From Lama glama (Eukaryota), in the NCBI GenBank assembly GCA_028534125.1, contig CM052817.1:59770001-59834000 (forward strand): a DNA stretch of 64,000 nucleotides. Direction: 5' to 3'. The notes beneath the pieces are model-generated. The model saw only the letters and a program-made list of their open reading frames with translations, was not told where the DNA came from and ran no database searches. Each line of letters opens with the position of its first letter. Positions within the stretch are counted from its first letter, which is position 1. A program made the position numbers and the translations under genes. This document shows, piece by piece, positions 14,853-27,516 of this stretch.

Positions 14853-14978
14853 TTTTTTTTTTGTATATATATTTTTTATTGAAGTGTAGTCATTTTACAA
14901 TGTTGTGTCATTTTCTGGTATACAGCATAATGCTTCAGTCACACATGAACATACATACAGCAATATTCCCATATTCAG
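14853..14978 (-). mobile_element. Short L1 3'-terminal fragment (artiodactyl-type)
   Basis: Poly-T followed by ttttttattgaagtgtagtcattttacaatgttgtgtcattttctggtatacagca. Confidence 0.75.
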
Positions 14979-17900
14979 GATTAAAAGACTTTTGATTATA
15001 CATTATGTATAATCCACCTTGTTTTTTCACCTTGTCCTTCCAGTAATCTAGGCCCTGTTTTATGGACCTGAAGGGGCCTTTTGTTGCCTGTCTTCTCTCC
15101 CTATATAATATGCTCACAGAGCATAAAGTCACCTCCTAACAAATCTTCTGAGATCAACTGACATGGAATTAATATTAAGCCAGTAAACTAATCAGTGGCT
15201 CATGGGTTTTAGAATGGAGGAAGGTGGGTACAACTGCCTATGTTACTGTCTGGACACAGGTTTTTGACCAGTGGTATCTAAACTCACTGGGTTTATATAA
15301 TTTCCTTTTAATCTCACTTAGTAGGGTCTCAGTTCATATTGAATTGCTAATCAATGGATTTAATTCTGAATTCAGTCTTTCATTTCTTTGAACTCTCATT
15401 GGCTTGATAACTTCTTGAACTGTGTTCTGACAGAGTATCAGAAGGATGCTCCAAATAACACTTAATTTTCATTCTTATGTTAATCTTATTTTCTCTAATA
15501 TCAATTCTGGCTTCTTTAGTGTCCCCCAATTTGTGGGCTAGTATTTACACTGTATTATATTGATCTATTATGTTCCCTACAGTGTATCCCAAACATATTT
15601 TAACAGATGAAAGAAGAAATTAGTGGAATGGGAGAAATGGCACCATAACATTGCAAAAGACAACATACATAGTTTTGTGCGACTTCAGACTAAATCAAAA
15701 CCCATTTTATTGGTAGAAAATATTTTGTTGTTAATTGCTTTGTTTTCACAGTCCATCTTAAATAAATAAAACATAAGAAAGATTAACTAAGAAAAGCTGG
15801 CACAATGAATGATCTCTAAATTCTCTATCCTACTATTCTTTATATAACTGCATGATGGAAAACTAAATTTTTAAGCAAATGTAACTAAAGAGATCATCAC
15901 AGGAAGGTTAATTTTTTAAAAAGTAATAAATAGTGCATTAGTATTTTTTTCCTCAGTTATCTTGGTTCCATTTGATTGTCAAGTTTATTTAACTGAATTA
16001 AATGCTAAAATGAATTTTAAAAGTGCAAAGTTTTATAGTAGATAATTTAGTTTTGTATATTTTCTTATCTTAATGAAGGTAAATTTCTTGTGTGTGTTTT
16101 CTGCTTTAACTGATAAACAGAAAATATTTAAAGGCTTATCAAAAATCAAGCTATTGTGAAGGAAATGGTGTGCTTTGTGTTTCCTTGGAGATTAGGATTA
16201 TTATTTTATTTTAAATATTTGATTACTGCCGGTAAAACAGAATATTTTTGAATAGCATTTTGATTGACATTTATTTTCCAAGTTTCTAAACAGTTTACTG
16301 GAAGCAGTGCAATAAATTCATCTTTGTTCTTACTGTCTTGTCTTCTCTTCTTTCCTTTAACTTCTGACATTTCCCTTGATGATTTTGTTTATTACAGTTT
16401 CTAAATTTTTAACAAGAGAAACAAAGGAGGAGAACATAAGTATAATCAATTTATTTCTTCTTTTGGACAGATGGTACATACATACAAACTCTTCCCATTA
16501 TATTAATGAAATATAATATTTACAATAATTTTCTCTTTCACTGAATACTTTTACTTTGCGTACTATATTACATGTTATCTTATTTTCTAATAAGAACAAC
16601 TAAGTACACTAGGTTAGTTATTTACCATACTTTAGAGATGAAAAGCATGAATATCACAGATATTATATGAAGCTAAGAGCTACATCTCCTGACTATTTGT
16701 TTCTTTTACTATGCTACTTCTGTGATGGTTAAAATAATATTTTAATTTATCATCTTAGTAATTAATTTATCCCTTTCCATATAAACTGACTTACAAATAT
16801 TAAATGAAGATTAAGAGAGCAAGCAAGCAAAAAATAACAGCGAATTCCCAAATGGAACCTAAAATGAGACCAAAAATTTGTATCATATGCTTACCAAAGG
16901 TGGGTTTTTTAGCTATCAGTTTTTTGGCAGCCAGATTTAAAAGGGAAATCTAATCAGCTCATGGTGCCCACAAGATAAAACCAACCAATTATTCTTTGAA
17001 ATGAAAAACTGTACTCAATAGTAATATCAGACTAGAAATTTTCCAAGTGGAGTGGCTCTCCCAGACACTGTAATATAATAAAATTATTCTTAATATCATT
17101 CTTCAGGAGATTCTGCAGTGAATTTCATGGATTCATTCTTGTCTAACCTAGGATGGCATTATAGCAAAATATAGTTCAGTAAAAGCAGTTTATGGAGAAG
17201 CTTGTGAAGTGAAATAGAGGGATTGCCTGGTTAGAACAAAGAGTATATGTATATTTAGGACTTTGAGTAGCCTTCTTATTCATCAAGCAATCTTCCCTCA
17301 CTGCTAAATTATCAGTAAATATAAGCTTACAATGCATTCAAGATTATACTATCTACCTTGTGTCTATAATGAACTTAAAGTCTGTTAAAATCAAATTCAC
17401 TGGACTTAAAAAGTCATCAGAATGAGACAAGATAGGTGTGATACATTTAAGTGAAAGTTGGAGAGATTAGAAAGGACAAAGGCTTAATGTGAAGGCATCC
17501 TAACTCTACTTGGATGCAAACCAAGTAAATAAAATTCAGATGGAGTAATTTGGTATTATTTAGTTTTCACATATGTCATTGTTTTGGTTTACATAAATTT
17601 ATTATCTTTTAGAAAAAGATTTCAAATGAAATAAAATATCTTCTAATGGTAAAATTTTGTCTAACAAGGAAATTAATATAATAGGTATGTAGATAGAGTT
17701 AAATAGGTTTCTCTGAAAATCACCTGCATTTTCTATTGAATATCATAGAAAATACTAGTATCAAAGTTTAGCCCCCTTAAATCCATTTAGTACTGTAGAA
17801 AGATCAAATGTGTAGAAGTAGAAAATCAGTTGCTGTTGTTGATAATATGGGGATGGAATTTCACCAGTTCAAATTCTTACTTTAATTCTGTGGCAACTAA

Positions 17901-18310
17901 CTAGAGTCTGAAAGGACTTATTGATATCCAAGAATATTATATATTTATAATATAGGTTTATTTTCTGTATGTTGTATCAAAGGATGATATACTTCTCCAT
18001 TTTTATATTTATTGAGTCGTTTGCAAGTTGATACCCCACCTGCACTTTTCCTACAGAATTGTTTCATTCTTAGACTATCAAGTTATCTTTATATTTTCAT
18101 CTTTGACAGGGCTGCAGAGATCATTGGAAGATTTTACAAATTTCCTTATAAAGTATGTAAATTGTTTCAGCCTGAGTGTAGCTTTGTGATCAAGAAAATT
18201 CTTTTTTTTTTCTCTGTGATTTATCATAACATTTTGTGTATATTTCCCTGTGCTATACAGTGTAATCTTGTTTATCTATTCTACAATTTTGAAATCCCAG
18301 TCTATCCCTT

Positions 18311-18810
18311 NNNNNNNNNNNNNNNNNNNNNNNNNNNNNNNNNNNNNNNNNNNNNNNNNNNNNNNNNNNNNNNNNNNNNNNNNNNNNNNNNNNNNNNNNN
18401 NNNNNNNNNNNNNNNNNNNNNNNNNNNNNNNNNNNNNNNNNNNNNNNNNNNNNNNNNNNNNNNNNNNNNNNNNNNNNNNNNNNNNNNNNNNNNNNNNNNN
18501 NNNNNNNNNNNNNNNNNNNNNNNNNNNNNNNNNNNNNNNNNNNNNNNNNNNNNNNNNNNNNNNNNNNNNNNNNNNNNNNNNNNNNNNNNNNNNNNNNNNN
18601 NNNNNNNNNNNNNNNNNNNNNNNNNNNNNNNNNNNNNNNNNNNNNNNNNNNNNNNNNNNNNNNNNNNNNNNNNNNNNNNNNNNNNNNNNNNNNNNNNNNN
18701 NNNNNNNNNNNNNNNNNNNNNNNNNNNNNNNNNNNNNNNNNNNNNNNNNNNNNNNNNNNNNNNNNNNNNNNNNNNNNNNNNNNNNNNNNNNNNNNNNNNN
18801 NNNNNNNNNN
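18311..18810. other. Assembly gap (500 N)
   Basis: Run of N. Confidence 1.
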
Positions 18811-19416
18811 CCTCTCTTCCCCTGAAAAGTTTCTGCGGGTTTTCAGAGATGGGGGTATGCACCCTTCCCCCGAGAGCACATCAATCTTGCTGTTTTATGG
18901 AGGGCCCAGGTTGTTCTGGCCCGTACACCCACAGCCATGGCGCCCAGCCCCTTGCAGTCCCCCGGAGCTGCCTCCGTGCAGCCGCCCCCGTCCTCCGCCC
19001 GGCTTGTGCAGCCTGGCCCTGCCCGCCGCTGCCGGCCCGCGTCTCAGGCTGGGTGTCGGGGGGACGCTCTGTGCCCGTTTAACTTAGTTCTGTCAGTCAA
19101 GGGCTGCTCTGTACAGATCCGAGCCTCGGAGGCTCCCCCTCCGTCCCGCTGGCCTCTCATTTGGAGAGGGGAGACCCAGCGAGCTGGCGCCTGTCCTCCT
19201 TTGCCGCTCCCTCCCCGCGGGACCAGTCCTGCGCTGCTTTGCCTTTTGTACTTTCTTTTTTCCTTTTCTCCTACCAGATTTTTGGCGTCTTTATCTTTTG
19301 AAGAGGGCGATGATCTGTTGGAGTTCCGCAGGTGCTCTGGTTGGCTGAGTGGGTCTGTAGATGTGGGTCTTTGTGTATTTGTGGGAGAGGGTGACTTAAC
19401 AAGCGTCCTTCTATTC

Positions 19417-19426
19417 CGCCATCTTG
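19417..19426 (-). promoter_or_regulatory. YY1 site of the L1 5'UTR internal promoter
   Basis: CGCCATCTTG (CAAGATGGCG on minus strand), about 10 nt from the L1 5' end, the canonical position. Confidence 0.8.
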
Positions 19427-22400
19427 CCTCTTCCCAAGAAAATTCTTGACAGAAAAGAATAATAAGCCATAACTATCAAAAAGTAAACAAGGATCAAACC
19501 TAGCTCAAAGCAGTGTTCATAAAGACAGTGTCGAATATGCAAAGAAGATAGAGATATTTTATGACGTGAATAACAGAAATATGCTATACCTGTCATGAGA
19601 GCTTGTGTATCTAAATCAGAGCAGGTATTATTTCCCTTCTGCTTCTTTTATGTCAGGTAATACTTCCAGAGAAATACTTGATAAACTGAATCCTGCATGG
19701 AGCAAAATAAAGCAGAGAGTAAATCTATGTGTATCACAAAGTATGAAAACTTGCTGAAGGTGTTAGGTTGTTTGTCCTGGAGAAGAAAGGATTTTGACTA
19801 TTTTCTCCCAGTACTGGCAGAGCGCTCATATAGAAGATGGTTTAACTTTTCCATGCCTCTGCAGAGGAGACCTAGGATTGATGGATGAAGTTGTAACAAG
19901 GGAGCCCTCAACTTACTGTGAGGAATAACTCTCTAGGATTGGTTCTAGGGTGGGCTCCCTTAAGAAGTAGTGAGTGGATGTATTTTCATAGGGAGGTTAT
20001 ATCAGAGTAGCCTGATAAACTGGGTTCTTTTTATCCTTGGGTTTCCTTTAGACTTTGTGAAAGAATTTGTGTTGCACCTGACGCTGTTTGGTATAGTTTT
20101 GGGGATTATAGGGATCACTGTGCCTTGTGAGAAGATACTAAGATTCATATGGAATTTCACAGAGAGATTTTTCTTAATAATGAGAATTTGGTCTATCTTC
20201 TATGTCTTCATACTGAAAAAATTAACATATAATAGATCCTGCTCTCTATGAAAGCATATTCAGAACTTGCAGGCATCGCATTAAATTCATAGTTGCCTTT
20301 AAATGAATGATTCTTGGAGGACAAATGATGACAATATCTTTAAGTAACCATTAATATATAAAAGTGCTTTTCTTTGGTGGATGGACAACAAACTTTTAAA
20401 TAAATAAATATGAACATGCTAAGTGTTAAGCTGACCAAAATTCAGGGATGTATATATAATGAATTAAAATTTTCTCGGCACCCTGAAAATGTGGCAATAA
20501 AAAAAATCTTGTAACATCCCCTTTCAAGATGACAGTCTGAGAAATGGATATTTTGCATGGCTGCAAAATTCAATGCATATTTTCTGGACATCTAATTTTA
20601 CTTTATTTATGAAACACCACTAATATTCTGCCTTTCTTGGGTTTTTGTGTTTGTTTTCATTTATTTATTTGTTTAATTGACATATACCTTTGCTATTTCT
20701 AAATGTGAAGTGTACAAATAATCTTGAACAATTACAATCCAATGGAAGATTAACAAAGATAGTACTGTATAATAACTGATTATAGAATTCCTCTATAGGT
20801 TGTGTGTAAGTACACATATATATACAAGTACATGTACATATATGAAATATATACACAAATATACCCACATATATTTCTTACTCAAGACAAAAGGAAAACA
20901 ATCTCATAAATACTTCATGTGTTTGATACTTTCTTAAGGAACAATTTACTGATTTGAGATAAATAATAGATTCTTGTCCCCAATATAGAACATTTATTTA
21001 AAGTCATGCATTTTTCATTCAGTGTTTATCATATGAAATAATAGGTGTTGCAACCTTTATGGACTAAATATAGTACTATAAAATAAAACAACTTGGTTTA
21101 GCTATAGCATTGGCTGTAGCAGTTTTTAATCAGTGCATGACTAAATTATGAATGCTTGGAAAGTGATTAAATATTGAAGGAAATATTCTAGTTTGTTTTA
21201 TAAGTACCTATCTATAATTGACAAAGATGTTTGTATTAAAATCATGTGGACCTTATACTTTTTAAAAATAAATTTTACATTAAGAAATAAGAGGCTTAAA
21301 ATTCAGATGTGTAAAAATATTGGTGCACTGATGTTTTACAGTATTGAACAGTTACTAACCCTTCATTGCCGAATGATTTGAAAAAAACAATGCAGTAATG
21401 TCTCTCGAGGAATGCTTAATATATTGTTAATAAATGTTTGAATGGTCTGGAATGGAAATGTCTTTATATTTCTGATACTTGATTATTCATATTTCCTTTT
21501 CTGCTTAGCCCAAACATTTTACTAACAAAATCAACATGTAGATTATCCTAGTCAGACATCAAAGCAAACTTAATAACTTGTTCTTCCTTCTTTCTGCATA
21601 TTGCATATACATGTCAACTTGTGGAAATTGAGGCTCCATTAAATTGAATTGCTTGGGCTCAAGGCAAACTACCACCTTTAGAATAATACATAAAGAAAGC
21701 AAAATTACTTAGATGTTTTATTGCTTATTAAAATGTCTTATACCTCAATATGAATTTCAATGCCTTGGAGTTTTTCTTTGAACTCTCCTTACTAGTATTG
21801 GTTTCTCTTGAACCATGTTAATATGCTTTTTTTTTTGAAATTTATTTTTCTTCCTGGAAATGTACAACAGCATATAATGATTGCCTGAGTTATTTTCAGG
21901 CCATTCACAAGTTTCATATTTGGTAGTGTAATCATTTTATGTGTACATATGTCAGAAATAACACAAAAATTCATGCTGATGTCAGCAGTGTTTTGAGTTT
22001 TTTTTTTTTTAAATTTAGGGTACGATTATAGACATTACCAAAATCAAATCAGCTGGTCAGTTTATGTGTTTCTACAGTCTACAGTCTAGACCAACTATTT
22101 CACACACTTGTGACTTAAGCTTAGGGGGGGAAAAAAAGCATGGGGCCGAGGGAGTGGTATGATGTATTTGTCATAAAACATCAGGCTGCCAGGAAGTTGG
22201 AGCCGAAATCTAAATGCAGTGATTGATTATCACCTTATTGCACGTATTTCTGTGTGCCCATACACCTTGACCTTTTATCTTAATATCTGACATTCATTTT
22301 GTTGGAATTTTCTTTGTTTTTATTTCAAAATATGTATTTGATAAGCTATCAAAATCAATTTTAGCCTTGTACTGGTAGGATTCTAGTGTTACGTAATTTT

Positions 22401-23050
22401 CATAAATGAAACAGTCTAACATTTGTATGGCAGATTACTTTTTTGTTTTTTTTTCTTCTTTTTTTTAGTATCTGTTATTTTAGCTCCAGGCACGTGTTCA
22501 TGCTGATTGTCCCAGCTCTTCATTGGCTATTATGCTACCTAATTAACCAATGTCTTATTTTCACTGAAAAACCCCAGCGGTGCTTTTTAATATTTAAATA
22601 TTTCTGAATTATTTTATTTGCTCTGATGTTACCCTCAATAAGATCTTTAAATACGTAAAACCTTGCTCTTTTAACAGCATTTCCAGTGCAGTGCAGTTAT
22701 TCATGTAGTAGCAGCTTATGAAATTACACCCAAATGTAGTAAAATGGGTTTTCGTCTTACTGCCAGTAGTTTAAGAGAGCTTCATAGCATATTCTGCTTC
22801 CTCTCAAGTGTAGGTGCCACTTATACTATGAAGATTAATGAAAAAAGGAGCCTTTGGTTTTCTTTTTAAACACCTTTACAAAAGTCTCTATGTCAACATA
22901 ATTAATGCTGAATGCCAGAATATATTTTAAAAAATTCAGCACAGTTGGAGAGTTTATTTACCTGATTGATGCATTTTTGGTATCACTTCTGCTATTTAAA
23001 CAAATAAGTAGATATTCTTTCAAAAACGTGAAGATGGCTAACTTTTTCAG

Positions 23051-23112
23051 ACAAGTCTATAAGGAATTGTTAGAAACAGTAATAGCCAGAATCTGAGTTG
23101 GCTTAACCAAAG
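23051..23112 (+). other. Candidate non-coding exon (62 nt)
   Basis: Acceptor actttttcAG and consensus donor AAG|GTAAGT. Stop codons occur in all three frames. It sits in a repeat-free block. Confidence 0.4.
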
Positions 23113-24647
23113 GTAAGTTATATCTGTTACACCTCATTTATTTCTTTGTTTTTTTTTTTTTTTTTTAGTGATAGGATTGTGGTTTTTAAGCAAATGTAGT
23201 CAACATCACATATCTAGACTTTAGCAAGATGTGATTGCTCATCATCTATAGAAAATATCTAATATTTATATAAGGCTTATTATGTAGTTGACATTTCTAA
23301 TTATTTCATATTTCTTAACTTATTTGATCTTGTCAACTGTTCTATGAAGTAGGTGATATTATTTTCTTCATTGTATGGAGTAAATTCAGGCCAAAAATAG
23401 CAGGTAGTTCATTTGAATCCCAGATTATCTGGCCCTCAAATTCAGGATTGTAACCACAATGTTATATCCCAATCAATTGACAGTGATTAGATGCCATGAA
23501 ATCTTTGCCTTTACCCTTCAAGTGCCATATCAGCATATAAAACTGGAGGAAGACTTCTTTTAGGAGCTTTAGAACTCTTGCCAGAATATTATCTTATTTG
23601 TTTGAAATCTTTATCAATCATGAAGAGATTGAAGGAACTTATATCATACTTGCAGGGTAAAGCTGAGAGAGAGAAAAAGTTGATATGCTAAGTGACAGAT
23701 GTGGGATACAAAAGGAGAAATGAGATAAATCCTAGAATAATCGTAGCAGGTATAAATATAATGTACTATGATTGAATCCAGTCAACCAAGAAACAAGGAG
23801 AACATAAGGAAGAGCTGATTTAGGAACAAGTCATGCATTTTAGGGATTTGAATAGAGACTAGCCCTACTGTGGTTTAGTTCCCAAAAAGGTCAACTTAAT
23901 GTTAGATAGGCTGCATTAATGTCTTACTTGATTTATTGAGTAGTTTTACCTCGTTGGGGCATAGTTCTGAATTTTTCCCCAATTAATATTTTTAACCCTA
24001 ATAATCATTTCCCATGCTTTAATGCCATTTGTATAAATTTTACATTTTTTTCTAATCCATTTTGTTATTAAAATTCAGTTAAAACTCTATTCTCAAATTT
24101 GATTTGAATTGTATGTTCTTCCCTCTCCCCTGTGTGGCCTTAAAGTGAGACAGTGATAGCTTAGAGTGGAAAGGAGGTAGATCATGGGCTGAGATGCATG
24201 TCTCTCTCTTTATTTTTAAGGTATAACTACTCCAATGTGTAAACTCAGAGAGGAGAGAGCAGAAAGTGCTAAGTGTATCTTTATTCAACAGTTGCTACTA
24301 TTGTTCTTTCTTTGCTTTGAAAACTTGTGTGTGGTTCTCTCCTGAGCCTCAATGTGAATTCTTTAGATGTACCCCACTATAAAGTTCTCTGATATGGGAG
24401 GCCCATTCTGAATCCAGGCTAGCCTTCATTAGAGGAAACTCATAGCTGTACCCTCAAGACCTCCTTGATTTGGGTATCATCTCATGTACCATTTAGTGAC
24501 CTTAGCCCAGCTACATTTTGTGTTCACTTGACTCTTGGAAACTTAACCTATGACAACTGTAGGTATTTAGGCTGCTCCACAGTAATACCTTGCAAAGACT
24601 GAGGGACCACTTGGGTGAGATGCAGAGAATAGAAATCTCTACATAAA

Positions 24648-24820
24648 GCAGAGGTTCTTAAATTTTGCCTGGTAACTTTTAAATTAATGGAGAGTCCTAG
24701 ATTTCTCCTGTAGCACCCTTTTTTGGTTTCTATTCAGCAGACCTGTAAATCCTGAGAATGTTTTGTAATTTTTTTTTTTTTTACAACACCTCAGCTGGTC
24801 AGTAGGACTTAGAAACACTA
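24648..24820. mobile_element. MER5-like hAT-Charlie MITE
   Basis: gcagaggttcttaaattttg...gtaaatcctgagaatgttttgtaatttt...acaacacctcagctg...ttagaaacact. Confidence 0.5.
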
Positions 24821-25849
24821 AATTGGATTACTGTATAGTACTTAAAATCCTAAGATTTCATATATTATTTATTTTCCTTAAATGAAATACTTTTATGATT
24901 GTGATATTATATTTAATATTTAAAAGTAACTGTAATAAGTTCAAATATTAATACATTGAGTTTGCAAAAATAACTTTGCATAAAATATATTGCAGTTTGT
25001 ATTTATGTAATAATATGTTGCCTCAAGACCTCAAAGATAGATTTGTTTTGTAGATATGGTTTCTTTCTGCTAGTGAAGTAAATTAAGTCAAGGGCTATGA
25101 CCCCTTAGGGGAGAAAAAAAGATAGTGGAATTATCTTTAGAAATCTCTATGATAATACTTCCCAAGGCAAACTGTTGGTAGACCAGCTAATGGCAGATTG
25201 TGTGTATCTATGTGAGTGAAAGTCAGCTGAAGGTTGTCAAATGTTCTTGTGTCAAAAGTTCTCAAGTGAGTCACACTAGAGTCCTTTTATATTTATTTTC
25301 CAAACCAAGTAGTAGTTGCCGTTTCCATTAGCCCACATAGTCCTATTATTTTCCCATCTTGCTTTATAAATAGCTGTTTCTTACAGCACTTAACTTCTTG
25401 TTGAAAGATAATCAAATAATAACACATTTCTTAAATTTGGGACCTCGTGGCCAAGTAAACTTGTATGGAATGACTAGTCCACAGTTGGGTTTGGATAATG
25501 CTTCTCAGAGAAACAGCAATATTGATTTTAATTTTTAGTAAAATAATTTTGAAGATTTACTTTACTACACCCCTACCAGATTATACACTGACTAGTTAGA
25601 AAAATGGTACATTAGTAATTAATCCAATATGAAGACCAACATCTTAAAAAAAATTTACGTGAATGGGAGAGAAATTTAAACATGAGAAATTCCTAAAATA
25701 AACAGAATTATTGAAATCAAATAAAAGTTGTAGTAAAAATTACATAAGGTTTAGTTGAGTGAAAAACTAACATAAACATATTTACATATTTTATTAAACA
25801 TTTAAATTAACATCATGGAACATTTTTATATCAAAATAGTAAATAAAAA

Positions 25850-26620
25850 TAATTTTCAATCTCATTTAAGCTCAACTATTGCCAAAATTCTGGGCTTCCA
25901 TTTCTTCTATAATGTTTATTTGCAAAGATTATTGCAGTCATAATGCTCATGTAATAGTCCCTTTCTATCAGTTGAGATTTTATCATAAACATTTTCCACA
26001 TTATTACTTAAAAACATAATTGTAAGTTATTGTGCAACATTTTAATAGTTCACATGATTTAGTTAGTTATTCTTCTCGCAATTCTCTATTATATATAGCT
26101 TCCTCTCAGATTTTGCTATTATGTATAGGACTGTTTTAGAGATCTATATCCCTAGGGTATTATGCCATATGTTAGAATATTTCCTTAGGAAAGATAACCA
26201 GAAGTTGGACTATTAGGTTGAAGAGGCTAGACAATTTTAAGTTTCTTGTTTTATAATGCAAAATTGCTTTATTTAATGTATAGTACTGCTAGAAAGAGAC
26301 AAACACCTAGTTCCCAAACTTACTAGTATTTGATGCTCATTGTTTAATGATGTGGAATATGATACTTCATTGTTTTTCAGATTTTTGTAAAATATAAATT
26401 ATTGGACTAGAGGAGATTAGTGTTGAAAATTTTTTTCATATGTGGAAAATCCATTTGTATTTGTCTTGTACAAAATTTCTTTGCATATGCTCTTCTGCTT
26501 TTTACAATTGGAATTTTAGTATTTTTCTGATCATATATAGACTCTTTATAAAATAACAACCTTTTATCTGTCATAACTGCAAAAATATTGTTCCTATTTA
26601 TTATTGTTTTCACTGATCTA
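25850..26620 (-). mobile_element. Old L1M (L1ME-like) fragment
   Basis: Degenerate antisense L1 3' sequence (gattttgctatt...ttccttaggaaagataaccagaagttgg...tttttcatatgtggaaaatccatttgtatt). Confidence 0.6.
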
Positions 26621-27373
26621 TTGTACTTAAGATTTTACTTATAGTATGATCTCATCTTTCTGTATTTTTTTGCTGGAATATATAACTTAAGATAAATTCA
26701 TTGCTATATCAGAGAAGTCAGAAATCTATAAATTTTTCATTAACTCTTTTCTACCATTACATTTAATTTTATGAGTCACAGCTTCAGAGCACCAAAGGTT
26801 AGTGGATGTAATTTAGTCAGTGAGAAAAGCTGTTTCCTTGTGGGAAAGCACCTTTATCAAAGCATTTGGATCAAAGCTGGCTTTGAGTCTCAAGAAAGCA
26901 ATTAGATTAAAGGAAAATTAGGATCTTGGCTCACAGTATGAGCATGTAAAACATAATTCATCTTGATTCAGAGTTTTTAATCTTCCATCATTGGGTATCA
27001 AATATGTCATATAAGAAAAATAATTTCAGCTTTGTTTTCAGCTTTGCTAAGTTTGGTCACTATTTCTTAGAAGCAAAAGTTAAGTTCTCATATTGAAAGA
27101 GGAAGTAATTTTAGAGTTATTATACACACACAAACACACACACAACTTCATCAATGATAAAGTTATATTCTAATGATGTCTTATACTTTGACTTTCTACT
27201 TCGCCTATGTTGGTGCGTGACATGTGCAGAGTCTATAATTGTAGAATGAATGGTTAGACTTCCTACAATAAAATGTGAGAAGTCATTAAGCATTTCCTCA
27301 CAATACCTTTAGGACTGGAAAAAGGCTTGCTTAGGAGTTGAAAAAGAAATAGAAAGAAAATGATATGCCCTGG

Positions 27374-27516
27374 AAAGAACAGACAAACACAACTCAATGA
27401 GCAGTGAAAATCAATAAAGGCAAAAAAATGGTCCCTTTTCACCTTGTTCATTTTCAGGGACAGGCCAGTTTTACTTCATTGATTTTCAGTGCTCATTGAG
27501 TTGTGTTCTGTTCTTT
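27374..27516. repeat. Long near-perfect inverted repeat (hairpin)
   Basis: 27386-27415 AACACAACTCAATGAGCAGTGAAAATCAAT matches the reverse complement of 27478-27507 at 29/30. There is an outer AAAGAACAG/CTGTTCTTT pair and an inner GTCCCT/AGGGAC pair. Confidence 0.95.

Larger units (their letters stand above)
18204..19434 (-). mobile_element. Young L1 with intact CpG-rich 5'UTR; the body is hidden in the assembly gap
   Basis: L1 3'UTR sequence at 18204-18310. GC/CpG-rich 5'UTR at 18811-19435, starting (minus strand) GGGAAGAGGCAAGATGGCGGAATAG. Perfect TSD CAAGAAAATTCTT at 18191-18203 and 19435-19447. Confidence 0.9.

Noticed and set aside
18012..19082. Long ORFs (186-356 aa) in the ORF track
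   Set aside because: Artefacts of reading through the 500-N gap.
18857..19449. GC-rich island with ORFs, resembling a host gene promoter
   Set aside because: It is the L1 5'UTR (YY1 motif, bounded by the TSD).
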